This document shows positions 1 through 11,396 of a stretch of 64,000 nucleotides of DNA, one piece after another; the stretch's first letter is position 1, and every line of letters begins with the position of its first letter. The position numbers and the translations under genes are program-made. Origin of the DNA: Haliotis rubra (lineage: Eukaryota); assembly GCF_003918875.1 (NCBI RefSeq), contig NW_025767435.1, positions 2,046,001-2,110,000 on the forward strand. The letters run 5' to 3'. Under the pieces are notes generated by a model that was not told the DNA's origin, did no database searches, and saw only the letters and a list, made by a program, of their open reading frames with translations.

Positions 1-290
1 GTGGGGCAGTGGGTTGGTGGGGTAGTCTCTGTGGGGCTGTGGGCCAGTGGGTCTCTGTGGGGCAGTGGGTTGGTGTGGGTCTCTGGGGCAGCGGCTGGTG
101 TGGGCTAGGGTGGGTCTCTGTGGGGCAGTGGGTTGCTGGATCTCTGTGGGGCAGTGGGTTGGTGGGTCTCTGTGGGGCAGTGGGTTGCTGGGTCTCTTGT
201 GGGGCAGTGGGTTGCTGGGTCTCTGTGGGGCAGTGGGTTGGTGGGTCTCTGTTGGGCAGTGGGTTGGTGGGTCTCTGTGGGGCAGTGGGT
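1..290. repeat. G-rich 26-bp minisatellite (CTGTGGGGCAGTGGGTTGGTGGGTCT)n, about 11 copies, running off the left edge
   Basis: The unit is read directly from the sequence. The low-complexity ORFs at 9-407 are translations of it. Confidence 0.9.
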
Positions 291-770
291 TACCTTGTGG
301 TTTAGTATTTGTTCATAATCATATGGTAACACATACACACACCATTCCAATAGAGTTTGTAGCAGCCAGTTCAGGTCTTCCCTAAACAATAGGATCCTGA
401 TCCACAAGGCATTGGCTTATTGATAGTTTATTATCGGATTACAAATGTTTTGGGGATCGGAACCCTGGTTTAACTCCCCACATGGCTACCATGTTTGGTG
501 TCTGATGGGGATGGAAATTAACTCAAAAACAAAACAAGCTCACAGGGATAGTGAGAATTATTTTCTGTTAGGCTTGCTAAAAGAACTTATGAAATAAGAA
601 GATTTTCAAATTTCAATATACTTTCAAAAGATAAGACCACTCTGAAAATACAGTTCGAGTGAATTCAGAAAATGCAGACATGATTCATTATGAGAAAGAC
701 TTGACAGGTTGCACCAAATGTCTAGCACGGCAATGGGTTGTCAAGTAAAAGATAAATAATTAGGAATATA

Positions 771-1193
771 CTGTAATCATATTTATTTTCGCATGGGTTT
801 CTTTTTCGTGCTTTTAACGCAAAAAAATCGTGTGTCAATAATCATACCAAGCGAAATATTCATGGTCAAGTCATAGAGATATCGAAACTGAATTATATAT
901 ACACCACGAATTGAAACGAAGACAAGAAATGCAGGCAATCAACGATTTGCCCATGTGAACAACATGTGTTCATAAACAACAGACACTACTTTATGATTTC
1001 TATGTTTAATTATCATAAGTACCGGTACTAGTATACACTAGCTTTGATCATTGCATATCTATCGGTTGTGAAAACTTTCTGATGGACACCATCACTCAGG
1101 TGTTGAAATGCACGGGGAAAAAACTGCACTAACAGGACTTTTGTGAACTTTCTGCGAAAATTGCACCCCATGAAAATATATATACGATTACAG
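771..1193. mobile_element. MITE-like element with TA-flanked CTGTAATC...GATTACAG termini (Tc1/mariner-type)
   Basis: TA|CTGTAATC at 769-778 and GATTACAG|TA at 1186-1195, with imperfect subterminal inverted similarity. Confidence 0.5.
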
Positions 1194-1426
1194 TAAGTGA
1201 TAAAACTTTACAAGATTAAGCCATCATAATTTTAAATCCCAAAGTAATTTCTACTAGACACGAGCCTATGGTGGATGTTAATTTCCATTCTCATGTCAGT
1301 CACTGTTATATAGGAAGAATATTGCTAATAGTGTCATAAATCCACCAGTATTCTTCCCTGGAAACCATAAGGGGCATGAATATGACATGAGCTGTGACAT
1401 ATCAGGTGATCATAAATATATCCTAC

Positions 1427-4400
1427 CTTACAGCCGCCAGTGAAACCCGAGGAGAAGCCGGCGACGTATCTCATGATGCAGGGTGTGAGGTAGGCGTCGC
1501 ACAGGCTGCGGAGAGACACAGCTGGACATAAGCAGCATCAAGTTTCTGCATCAGTCTTGACACTGTGACATCCATACTGTCACAGATGTACATCTGGAGT
1601 GTCACTAACAAACTACAGGGAACTACAGATCATCTTTCCCCAGTCAATAAATGGTTATAGCTAATTTGATATCAGGTTGCTGTCGTGTGATATGAGCAAA
1701 ACATTGATAGGTCACTTCGTGAGATCAACAGGTTGAGGTTTGCGAACTTACAGACATAACCCTTACCTACAAACATACAATTTTATAATGGATAAAACTC
1801 AGAGGTTTTGGTCAAATTTGAGTGAAGCAGAGATCAAGGTTGTAAAACTGGAGGTTTTACCTTGAAGTTTTACTAGTCAGGGTCCCAATCCACAAAGCGT
1901 TCTTAGCGCTACGACATTCGTAAGCTTATGACAAACTATAGAGTTACGACAGGTCATAACGTTATGGACGTGTTGTGGACGTGGTCCCTAGTCACTGCTG
2001 CCTGAATGTTTTACTACGTCAAGCAAAACCATGGAGGATTGTTGAAACTGACTTAACCTTTCTTTGATGGGCATTTTAGAAGCTGAGTTGATGAAGAATG
2101 ATGACAATTATTATGGATGTACAATTTCTTTTAATTTACTGTGAAAGGCGACGTGTCGACATAGATTCTAATATCGTTGTCAAGCAAGTGACTTGACAAC
2201 GACATTATATTCTATGTCGAAACATCGCCTTTCACAATAAAAGAAACTGTATAACCATAAAAATTGTCATCATTCTTCTGACTTAACCTTGAAACATTCT
2301 TTTTATTATTGTTCAATACCATCCATAAACATACGTCATGAGGGTCTAAGGAATTGCTAGTAAAATATACCCATCCACGAAGTACAGATAAATACAGTTA
2401 CAACAATTGAGCAATATGCTTTAGCAATATTCCAGCAATATCACGGACAGGGACCACCAGAAATGGGCTTCACACATTGTACCCATGTTGGGGAACCAAA
2501 CCCGGGTTTTCGGCGTGACGAAAGCAAACACTTTAACCACTAGGCTCCCCACTGCCCCTCAGTTAAACAAAGTCATAAGGATCACTAAGTATAGTTCCTT
2601 GGAACCATTGTACGTCATACATATACTGAGATGTACAGCAAGTGGCGAAACAAGTCATGTCCAAAACAATTATGAACATCCATCATAACTTTATAATGTT
2701 TAAGATTGATTCATATTTGTTTGTCGCTTAACTATGCACTCTACCGATATCATTTTATGATAATTTCATCTGGGTATATGAGCAATATCTCACACAATCA
2801 GAATCAGTAACATGCTGTCGACAAACCAATCTGGTCACCTCTTATTGCAATTATGGACATTTATAACCCTAACACCTCACGATTATCTGAATGTTATAAT
2901 GTGTAGTAGTTTGTAGCTTGCTATTGCCTGACTGTTAACCTTGTTCTGTCTGAGATAAGTCAATATATTCACCCTGACGCCTCACGATTATCCGAATGTT
3001 ATAATGTGTAGTACTTTGTAGCTTGCTATTCCCTGACTGTTAAAGTTGTTCTGTCTGAGATAAGTCAATATATTCACCGGTAAATCCCCGCGGCACCATC
3101 CTCACCATCGGCATGACGTCCGAGGACAGAGATACATGGGTGAAACCCATCTCCTTGGCCAGCTGACCAACCTGTCTCTCATGGAGGTCACAGCTGAAGA
3201 ATATATACAACGCGAGTATAAACATAAATGTCCCGAAGACACAGACTTGAGAGAAACGTGTGTAAGAGTTTGAGGTAAAGCTGCAGTGGATCAGTCATAT
3301 TAACATGTATGGTCCTGACAAACCGTTAAAAATAACAAGGGGTCATCTGGATCTAAACCTACGATGCATGACTAAAGGAGGCAATACAGTACAGCAAATA
3401 GTGGCAACCTGACCAAATAGTAGCAACCTGGCCAACTGGGAAATATATGTCCCACCTGGTCCAAATTATTATTTGGTTTGTTCGTTGTTTAACGCCTCAC
3501 TCAGGCCAAACGAAAAAAAATGTTGTGGTTCCGATTACACCTCTTTAACATTTAGGGAAGGTAGGTAGGAATTCTTCTCTTTTTTAAACATTTTTTTTAG
3601 AAGTAAAGTTTGAACTAATAAAACATTTATCAATGTGTAATTGCTTATTCAATCAAGCTAGCGGCCATCATGTCGACTTTATTTATCAGAATGACCATTG
3701 TCCGAAAAAACAATGGTATCTGAAAGCTTTTTTTATGCATAACTCTAAAATATACTAGGGTCAGTACCAGAATTCAAGGGTCGGTCGGAACCACAACTTA
3801 TTTTTTTAGGCCTCAGCAATATTCCAGTTATATGGTGGCAGTCTGTAAATAATCGAGTCTGGATCAGACAATCCAGTGATCAACAGCATGAGCATCGATC
3901 TACGCAACTGGGATACGATGACGTGTGTCAACCAAGTCAGAGTGTCTGACCACCTGATCCCGTAATCACCTTTTTACGACAAGCATGGTTTGCAGAAGAC
4001 TAATTCTAACCTGGATCTTCTCTGGTCTCTCAAATTATGAGGATAACAGACTACATGTTAAATAGCTGCATGCATGAAAATGTTGACAGTTATTTTAGTT
4101 TTATGGAAATGAGGAGAATATTTATTTGTCGGGCAATTTGTCCTGATTTTAAGAAAGAGTTGTCTTTCTTTGCCTCAACTGTGCTCTCAAGTTCAAATTA
4201 GCATTCTGCTTATGAAAACAAAATAGAAACACAAAAGACACATGCTTTCATTTTATGATCATATTTTGTTGACAAGTTTGTTCACAGAGGCAATATTTAT
4301 TTATTCTCTAGCCCACTGAATCACACATCCACCCATCCACTCACTCACCGACTACAGCTACTCACGTGTAGGAGTGCGTGAACACTACGGCCAGACTCTT

Positions 4401-7400
4401 GATGCCCTTCTTCAGTAGTTCCTGGAGATCAGCCTTAAGTTTGTCCACATTCACCTCCTGCCAGATCTCCAGCTAATCAAGGATAAGTGACATTGAAGGA
4501 GAACTGAGTTCTATGGATAGTCAGCTTCTTTATTGCAATGAGCTACACATTTTGGTGTAGGTACTAACACTGTTATCACTTGCTTGATAACAGTGTTAGT
4601 ACCTACACTAAAACATCGCACTCATTGCAATAAAGAAGTTGACTTGGTTCTCCTTCACCTATACAACTTCTAAAATGCCTTCTCAAAGAAGTTAAGTGAC
4701 ATTGTTATTATCTTTGTTTGATGATTTCAAATCAATTCAAAATCTGCATGTACCAGACAAGGAGATTATCGTTGTGTTCACAATACTCCACATCACAGTA
4801 AGGTACATGTTCCCACTTGGTACCCATGTATGAAACCGAACACAGGTTTTGATGTGAAGAGAAAAAAAAATATCCACTAGCCTTCCTCACTGCTACTACT
4901 TCAAGTAAATGACGTAACAACATAGCAGAAAATAATATTCAGATATATGATGTCACCATAGGAGTGAGTGAGTTAAAATTTAGAGTCACATCCGCAATAT
5001 TGCAGCCATATCATGACTATTGTCAGCATAGGAAATGATAACGGACACAATTCCATTATTTGTATTTGACTCTGTCTACCGACCTGTTCACCTGTGGTTC
5101 CCATGACCTTCTGACATGACCTGTTGACCTGACACACGTCCTGCTGCAGGACCAGCCTCTCCTCCACCTCCACCACCTCCTCGTACAGCTTGTCGGGCAT
5201 CACGATTTTCTGAAGTCACATCAATCTCATCTTCACTCTGGACATCACAGTGACACATCATCACAACCAAACTTTCAACTTTCACTGACTTCAATGGTAA
5301 GATGATTCCGGAAAACAAGCCAATATCTGATCAAGCCTCTGTAGTCAACATGCTCATCTTCAAATTAAAGATCCAAGCTCATTACTGTGCAGAGAAAAAA
5401 CATCTTAACATATCCACTGTTTCAAAAAAAGATGCCACCCTGGGAGAAATTCACAATTTATCCATTTTCTGGTGCACATTACTCAATTAAATATGAAAGA
5501 AAGCCCTTAGTTTCAGGAGTCCATCTGAAGATTAATCAATATGTCTTCGTCATGTAAATAATTTGTTTCGGTGCCTCGTCAAATACATCCATAAAACTGT
5601 ATCACTAAAATGATCATCAGTTAAAACTGATTCTAATAATCGAAATGAAGATACAGTCAAATCCCGATGAGTCGAATCTCTGGGGACCAAGTAATACATT
5701 CGACTTATCGATGAATTCGAGACATAGGTATGTCTATGAGGGTAGAAAAAAAAACATGATCCAGTCCTAATTCCTCCACCTAAGCATTTGTTTACCTAAT
5801 GATTTCCCTATCACTAATAGGGGCACCTTATCAGTTCCAGTCTGATAGCACAGACAGTGACTTCCGTAAAATCACTAATCTGCCTTTTGAACTCACCCGT
5901 CAATGGCGGAAAGGTGTGAGCTGCGCTGGTTTGTTAATTGGATCAGTTTGCTACACCAATCAACTTCTCATTGACTGACTTCGGCTTATGTATACAAGAT
6001 TGCTGTTGTTTGAATCTCATGGGACCAAATTTCCTTCTCGAGTCATCGTGTGTATTTATGAGACGAATTCGTGTAACCGGTATTCAAATGATGACAACTA
6101 TAACAGGGAATGGTCGGGACCGACAGGTACTTCGAGTTATGCATAATATTCGAGACACCGGCATTCGGGCTCATCAGGATTTGACTGTATTACCATTTGA
6201 TCATTACTTTGTAATTGTAGTTCTGATATGACAATATTTCAATAGCTGCTTTGGATGTTTCTACGATTCTTAGAAAATAACACTGAAGACCACAAGTGAA
6301 ACTTGTCATCTTGAGATGGTATTTCCTGAAATTTACATGTTAAAGAGGTCATTCTCAACGCTGTCTCAAGTGACAGATAATTTTGATTAAGTAATTTGAG
6401 ACAAGGCTAGATTGTATGTATATATTCTGCAGTTAATTCTTAAACTTTTACACATAACCACAGACAATATATAATTTACCAGGTCAAATATGTGCGGCCT
6501 GGACTGGTTGCCGATATGGAGTAGATCTCTGAAACCCTTGGTGATGACGAGCGCCATCCTCTCTCCCTTCCTCTCCAGCAGGGCGTTGGTTGCCACCGTC
6601 GTCCCCATCCGGATCCAGTCTATCAGAGACGTGTCTATCGGGGAATCTGCTGGGCATGGCTTTCCTGTATACTGGAACATATTCATAACGGTAAACAACA
6701 TTGTTAACCTTTGGTAAAAACAATCAAATGTGTAATTCGATGTGTAATTGTCATCAGACACCTACAGCTGATATAGTGTTCCCCCTAGGCACATTAAGGA
6801 GGGCGCTACGCCCTGCCCTTTGATTTTTGCCCTTTTGTTTTTGCCCTGCCCTTTTCGCCTCAATCCCAGTTTTTTTTCCAGCTGAGCTTGATTTTACAAC
6901 AACCCGTGTGTATTTTCCGGATTTTATTAAGGACAGAGTTCTCTCCCTTTCTAAGGGAGACGCAAAATTGTTTTGATAATGATTAGAAATTGGTATTTAA
7001 ACCATGGCGAAGTCAAAGGTGTTTAATTCGCTTTACAAATCACAATGCCTACCAAGGAAAGAATCAAAAGGAAAAGAGAAGAAGCAGTGAAGGTTGAAGC
7101 AAGGAAGTGTCAGATGTCTGTATCTTTGATTTTTGACACCTGCAGCAATGGTTTTACACTTATGCTCCAGATATGAGCTCTACCCTCATTTTCAGTAAAA
7201 GTCCATTTGTCACCATAGAAAGAAACAACATAAGAAACCAGTCATCCGAAATTATCAAAAGGCATGACTTCACCATTAGACTGATTTGTGTAGCAAGTTT
7301 CAATTGTTAAGGGGTTCTGCTCACAAAACAGACAATGGACTGGCAGAAGGACAGCACACATTGATCAGTATATCCCTCTTTCATTCCAGCAACGGGGGAG

Positions 7401-8830
7401 GTGGGGTAGCCTAGTGGTTAAAGCGTTGGCTCACGCTGAAGACCCGGGTTCGATTCCCCACATGGGTACAATGTGTGAAGCCCATTTCTTGTGTCCCCTG
7501 CCGTGATATTGCTGGAATATTGCTAAAAGCGGCGTAAAACTAAAACTCAGTCAGTCAGTCATTCCAGCAACGTAACAAAAGGTGTTATCACAAGCACAGA
7601 TATGTACTGACTGCTTTAAAAGATCCTGATGATCTTAATCGAATATAATGCAGTCCATGTACACTCGTCATATGGAGAAACAAGCATGTCAAAAGTTCAG
7701 CTGCCCCCCGCCTGTCAGTTTTAGAGAAGAAAACATTTACAAGGTAAATATCCGCCTTGAAAGACTGCATGAGTATGATCAAAATAAGATCAGAGGTCGA
7801 TCAGAGAAATGTGTCCTACATTTGATGAATGCTATATTTCTTCTTCATTGAACAAGCAGATTTTACCATAGTTTCCCATTAATGTTCAATACTTTCCAAA
7901 ACCATAAATTTATCTGAATACAATGTATATGTATGGATTCATATAAAACACATTTTCTAACTGAAATTAATTTGAATGAGTCTTACAATTTCCATCCATC
8001 TGTTCATGCAATTTTTTATATAAACAAACCCAGCCTGGTTTGGTCCCTGAGTAGTAGTACAATGTGACATGACTATATTATCAGTATTTCTACATCAAAA
8101 CACTGGACAGCTGTAGAAACAGCATTTATCCATCCAATTACACTGCTCATTAACCTAGTGATGTTTCACGTTCCATCACATAAGTTACAGCTTGTTTGGG
8201 AATTGTGGAAGTGACAGCTGGTTTATTCATAATAATTTTGTGTATACAAAAATGTATAAAGAGAAGACGAAAAATAAATACGTTTTTCCTGGTAGAATTA
8301 ACCACAGCTGAGTTTTGTGACAGTTCGTGGAGTTACAAAGTAGATACGTTGAGCCCCAACTGTACACAAAGAAGTGATCATATTCAAAGACACCTATATA
8401 ACCTTAAATGGGCCCCTTCAGATTCATTCACTTTCTGTATCCAGGATAACGCATTCAGCCTACGACTCAAAGAATGACGTGTATATACATTTGGACATAT
8501 GCGATGTTCTCCAATCTATTAAGTAGATTCATACAAATGCCATACATAAATTTCTCTTAACCAAATGAGCTAAACGTCTATATCGAGATATTTTAACATT
8601 CCGGTGCATATCCCTAAACGAGCCTCAATAAGTTTTTGGAGGATAATCACCTCTTCCAGAATGCGCCTGATGCCTTCCCTGGGTGCGTCATCGTAATTGG
8701 CGGGGTCCTCCGACAACAACTTCAACACCCGAATCTCATTATTCGGACATCGGGCCCATACGTCGGTGAAGGTGCCCCCACGATCGATGGCAAATTGGAA
8801 CGGTGACGACATTGACACTTTGTCAGCCAT
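1427..8830 (-). CDS. OPLAH: 5-oxoprolinase (ATP-hydrolysing), N-terminal six coding exons; the gene continues beyond the left edge
   Basis: Exons 8830-8651, 6671-6480, 5209-5084, 4472-4366, 3193-3078 and 1505-1427, all bounded by GT-AG. Hydantoinase/oxoprolinase motifs [71 protein letters not shown] and DAYLTP. Exon 6 is 1 nt short of frame (see findings). Confidence 0.95.
1880..1990. mobile_element. Degenerate palindromic MITE (GGTCCC-type termini)
   Basis: Imperfect inverted arms. The internal CTTAGCGCTA/CGTAAG motifs are shared with the elements at 31.14 kb and 44.05 kb. Confidence 0.45.
2048..2290. mobile_element. Fold-back Penelope-like insertion with hammerhead-type arms, copy 1 (OPLAH intron 5)
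   Basis: TSD CTGACTTAACCTT at 2048-2060 and 2278-2290. Inverted arms of about 90 bp meet at TCAAGCAAGTGA. Tail CTTCTAAAATGCCCATCAAAGA lies on the minus strand at the left. The plus arm reads TTGACAA-C-GACAT...ATGTC-GAAA-CATC-GCC...AATAAA. Confidence 0.8.
3503..3812. mobile_element. AGGCC-terminated MITE nested in the tail of a SINE-B copy
   Basis: AGGCCAAAC...TTGTGGTTCCGA and TCGGAACCACAA...TTTAGGCCT form inverted ends that interrupt the SINE tail at CACTC|...|CAGCAATATTCCAG. Confidence 0.55.
4484..4704. mobile_element. Fold-back Penelope-like insertion, copy 2 (OPLAH intron 3, next to the exon-4 acceptor)
   Basis: TSD TAAGTGACATTG at 4484-4495 and 4693-4704. Inverted arms, with tail AACTTCTAAAATGCCTTCTCAAAGA at the right. 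The arm reads TGC-TTGATAA-C-AGTGT...ACACT-AAAA-CATC-GCA...AATAAA (G12 mutated). Confidence 0.8.
5654..6187. mobile_element. Tc1/mariner-type MITE, about 530 bp
   Basis: TA|CAGTCAAATCCCGATGAG ... CTCATCAGGATTTGACTG|TA. A second, one-end-truncated copy lies inverted at 44741-45244. Confidence 0.8.
7394..7561 (+). mobile_element. tRNA-derived SINE family A
   Basis: A-box-like TAGCCTAGTGG, B-box GGTTCGATTCC, body CACATGGGTACAATGTGTGAAGCCC, tail GCTGGAATATTGCTAAAAGCGGCGTAAAAC plus (CTCA)n. Other copies lie at about 2418-2558(-), 10150-10290(+), 22938-23097(-), 27193-27290(-), 28569-28739(-), 30853-31014(-), 39202-39372(-), 40925-41057(-), 42420-42560(-) and 56240-56320(+). Confidence 0.9.
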
Positions 8831-10657
8831 TTTGCCAAGTACTAAGTGTGGTTATCTCCCCTGATTCAGATTCAGATTCAGTGTAAGTAACTGAAACATA
8901 TGTCACGCGTTCAAAGGCTCCGAGCACGAACTCGGCTGATGAGACATGTTCAACACGTGTCAGGAACGTATTGTGAATGTCAAATAACAATAATGAATGC
9001 ATAAATATTGTACACACATGTTTGAGAATTTGTTTGCAAGAGAATAGGAATGCAGTGTTCATTACGTATACAGGTATTTTATGTGAATGCATATAACATT
9101 AGGAAAGGGATAAAGGATATAAATGTCATTGTTTGATTGGCATTCTAAAGGTTGATGAGTAAATAATCAACCATACAACTTTATGTCACAACCAGGTCCA
9201 AAATTAGATTCTCTCAGATGCAATGTCCTGCTTTCTGAAGGTGAAATGATTACATTTATGTAATCTCTAACTTTGTATAAATTTTATTTTTGCCTGCTAC
9301 GTTTAACCACATTTTTTTCATGTGTTTTTAAAAAAATTCTTTGTTCAAAATTGTAGCATCTGTGCATAATGTTCTGAACAAAACTTTATAAATATGTTTC
9401 GACATATCTGTATATATGCAAAACAACTGTTTTGTTCAGTTTAAGTATTAATATACAATAGTTGTATTATTAAATTCATTTGACAGTTCAGATATTGCAC
9501 GTGGAATTTTCATCATATAGATGATATCTTCGGGTTTGTTCAAAATTACTCACTCAATCAGTTTACTCATTGCAACTTAACAAGATAAGTCAGTCAGAAA
9601 GATTGATATAATTTGTGATCAACTATGAAATTAACACATTTACAGTTCCAAGAAAATATCAAAAATGATTTTGTCTCCATTATACACTTTTAGCTGTGTT
9701 TGAATTTCCTCCAGTCTGTCTTCCTAGAGTAGATACCTATAGTGCATGGACTTGGTATCACATGTGTTGCCACACCAATTAGACGTTCCTTTTTAAAGTC
9801 AAGTCTTTTGTTCGTTTAATTATTAGGAATTGCACAATATGCCTTCAGTTTATAGGGTTCTGGGCAGTGGATGTCATTGCCCTGTATTCCTTATTTTATT
9901 TATTAATGCTTTTTGTAATAATATGTAATTAGGTGTATCATTCTGGTCAGATGGGCTGCCCGCCATCATTAATTGAGGTGTGGATTTCAGGGCTGCGGTG
10001 AGGGTATGTGACATTAAAAAAAGTGTTATATCAATACTTTGATGTACAAAAAATAATCTGTGAAAAAAATCTTGGGGGCAGTTGGCCCCTTGGGCTACCT
10101 ACGGCCCTGACGACGATGTAGTTTTTACGTTACTCTTGCTTCTTATGGATGTGGGGTAGCCTTGTAGTTAAGGCGTTCGCTCGTCACACCGAAGACTAAG
10201 GTTCGATTCCCCACGTAGGTACAATTTGAAGCCCACATCTTCATATTGCTGGAATATTGCTAAAAGCGGCGTAAAACTAAACTCACTCTCAATGACGTAA
10301 GAATCTATCAAAACATCGCCGAATGCGAGATAGATAAACTGTTATCCACCAAGATGTTTTTATCGGTATTATGGTCATAAAGTTCAGAAACGTGTGGGTA
10401 TTTTATCTGACGTTTCATTGCTTCCTTTGGCAATAACATGCAATGAATGATTGTGACCAACTCACCTACTCCGTTTTTCACCACAACATAACCAACATAT
10501 AGGGCAACGCAGATATCACGAAAACTGAGCACTATTGACCGTCTACTTTCCCGTGTGTTGTCATTACAGAACAAGTTAACCCGTAATGATCCGGGATAAA
10601 ATTGGTCTAAAGCAACTCGTGTATGTATGTCGTTAAACGCTTGTGTTTGTCTTGTAC

Positions 10658-10863
10658 CAGTGTATGTATAAGTCAAAAACCCAGCCAGACATCTGGGCTG
10701 GTAACTTAAAAAACTTTCCAGCCCAGAAGAGATTTAACCAGTCCTTCTTAAACACCAAATAGACAGTGCCAGTGGATACGTTATTTGAATATTTTTTTCA
10801 CCCGTCCATCGGGCTGGCTAGCTGTAAAATTACACCGTCGGACGGGCCTTATTTTATACACTG
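10658..10863. mobile_element. MITE with CAGTGTAT...ATACACTG termini
   Basis: Terminal inverted repeats flanked by the direct repeat CTTGTAC. A related partial copy lies at about 47630-47827. Confidence 0.65.
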
Positions 10864-11146
10864 CTTGTACAGACTCAATTATTTTCAGACGACCGTCATA
10901 TACCGTATAGCTTGAAAACATATATAGCTTAGCAACAAACAAACAAAAGCATGACAAATTAATAATTCAAATAGAAATCTCTCACCATAGCAATTTCTCT
11001 AATGCGACACCCTTATTATCGTTAGACTGGCAAATAAGCGTAACAAAAGTCTAGGCAATAGAGTTCTCAAATCTTGTGAAAGATTTTCAGTTTTTGCCGA
11101 AAATGTAGTGATTATCATCGTTAGTGCTTCACATGCATCGTGGGAC

Positions 11147-11396
11147 TGCACTACGTTCGTAAGAAAGGTATGATACTTTACGGGTGACAACTTCTTTGTC
11201 ATAAGATGATGCGACGTTTCGGTGTATAGGTTCTTATACCGTTGTCAAGAGTGAAATGGCTTGCTTGACAACGCTATAACAACACGTACCGAAACGTCGC
11301 ATCATAGTATTATAAAGAAGTTGTCACCCGTAAAGTATAATACCTTTCTTATTATTCGTTAACTTCTGAAATGCCAATAAACGGTGCACTACGTTC
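11147..11396. mobile_element. Fold-back Penelope-like insertion, copy 3 (OPLAH-EXOSC4 intergenic region)
   Basis: TSD TGCACTACGTTC at 11147-11158 and 11385-11396. Inverted arms of about 90 bp, with tail AACTTCTGAAATGCC. Both arms keep TTGACAA...GAAACGTCGCA. Confidence 0.85.
11262..11301 (+). ncRNA. Putative minimal type I hammerhead ribozyme motif (U3-A8 variant)
   Basis: TGC-TTGACAA-C-GCTA(loop)TACC-GAAA-CGTC-GCA. Stem I is UGC/GCA, the core is UUGANAA and GAAA, stem III is the palindrome ACGU and the cleavage triplet is GUC. Stem II has one mismatch. Confidence 0.6.

Noticed and set aside
9-407. Gly/Trp/Val-rich ORFs
   Set aside because: They are translations of the 26-bp minisatellite.
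2048-2290. Classifying the fold-back elements as ordinary MITEs or pre-miRNAs
   Set aside because: The asymmetric tail, long TSDs of variable sequence and conserved hammerhead-like core with AATAAA fit a retro-insertion better. Small-RNA production is not excluded.
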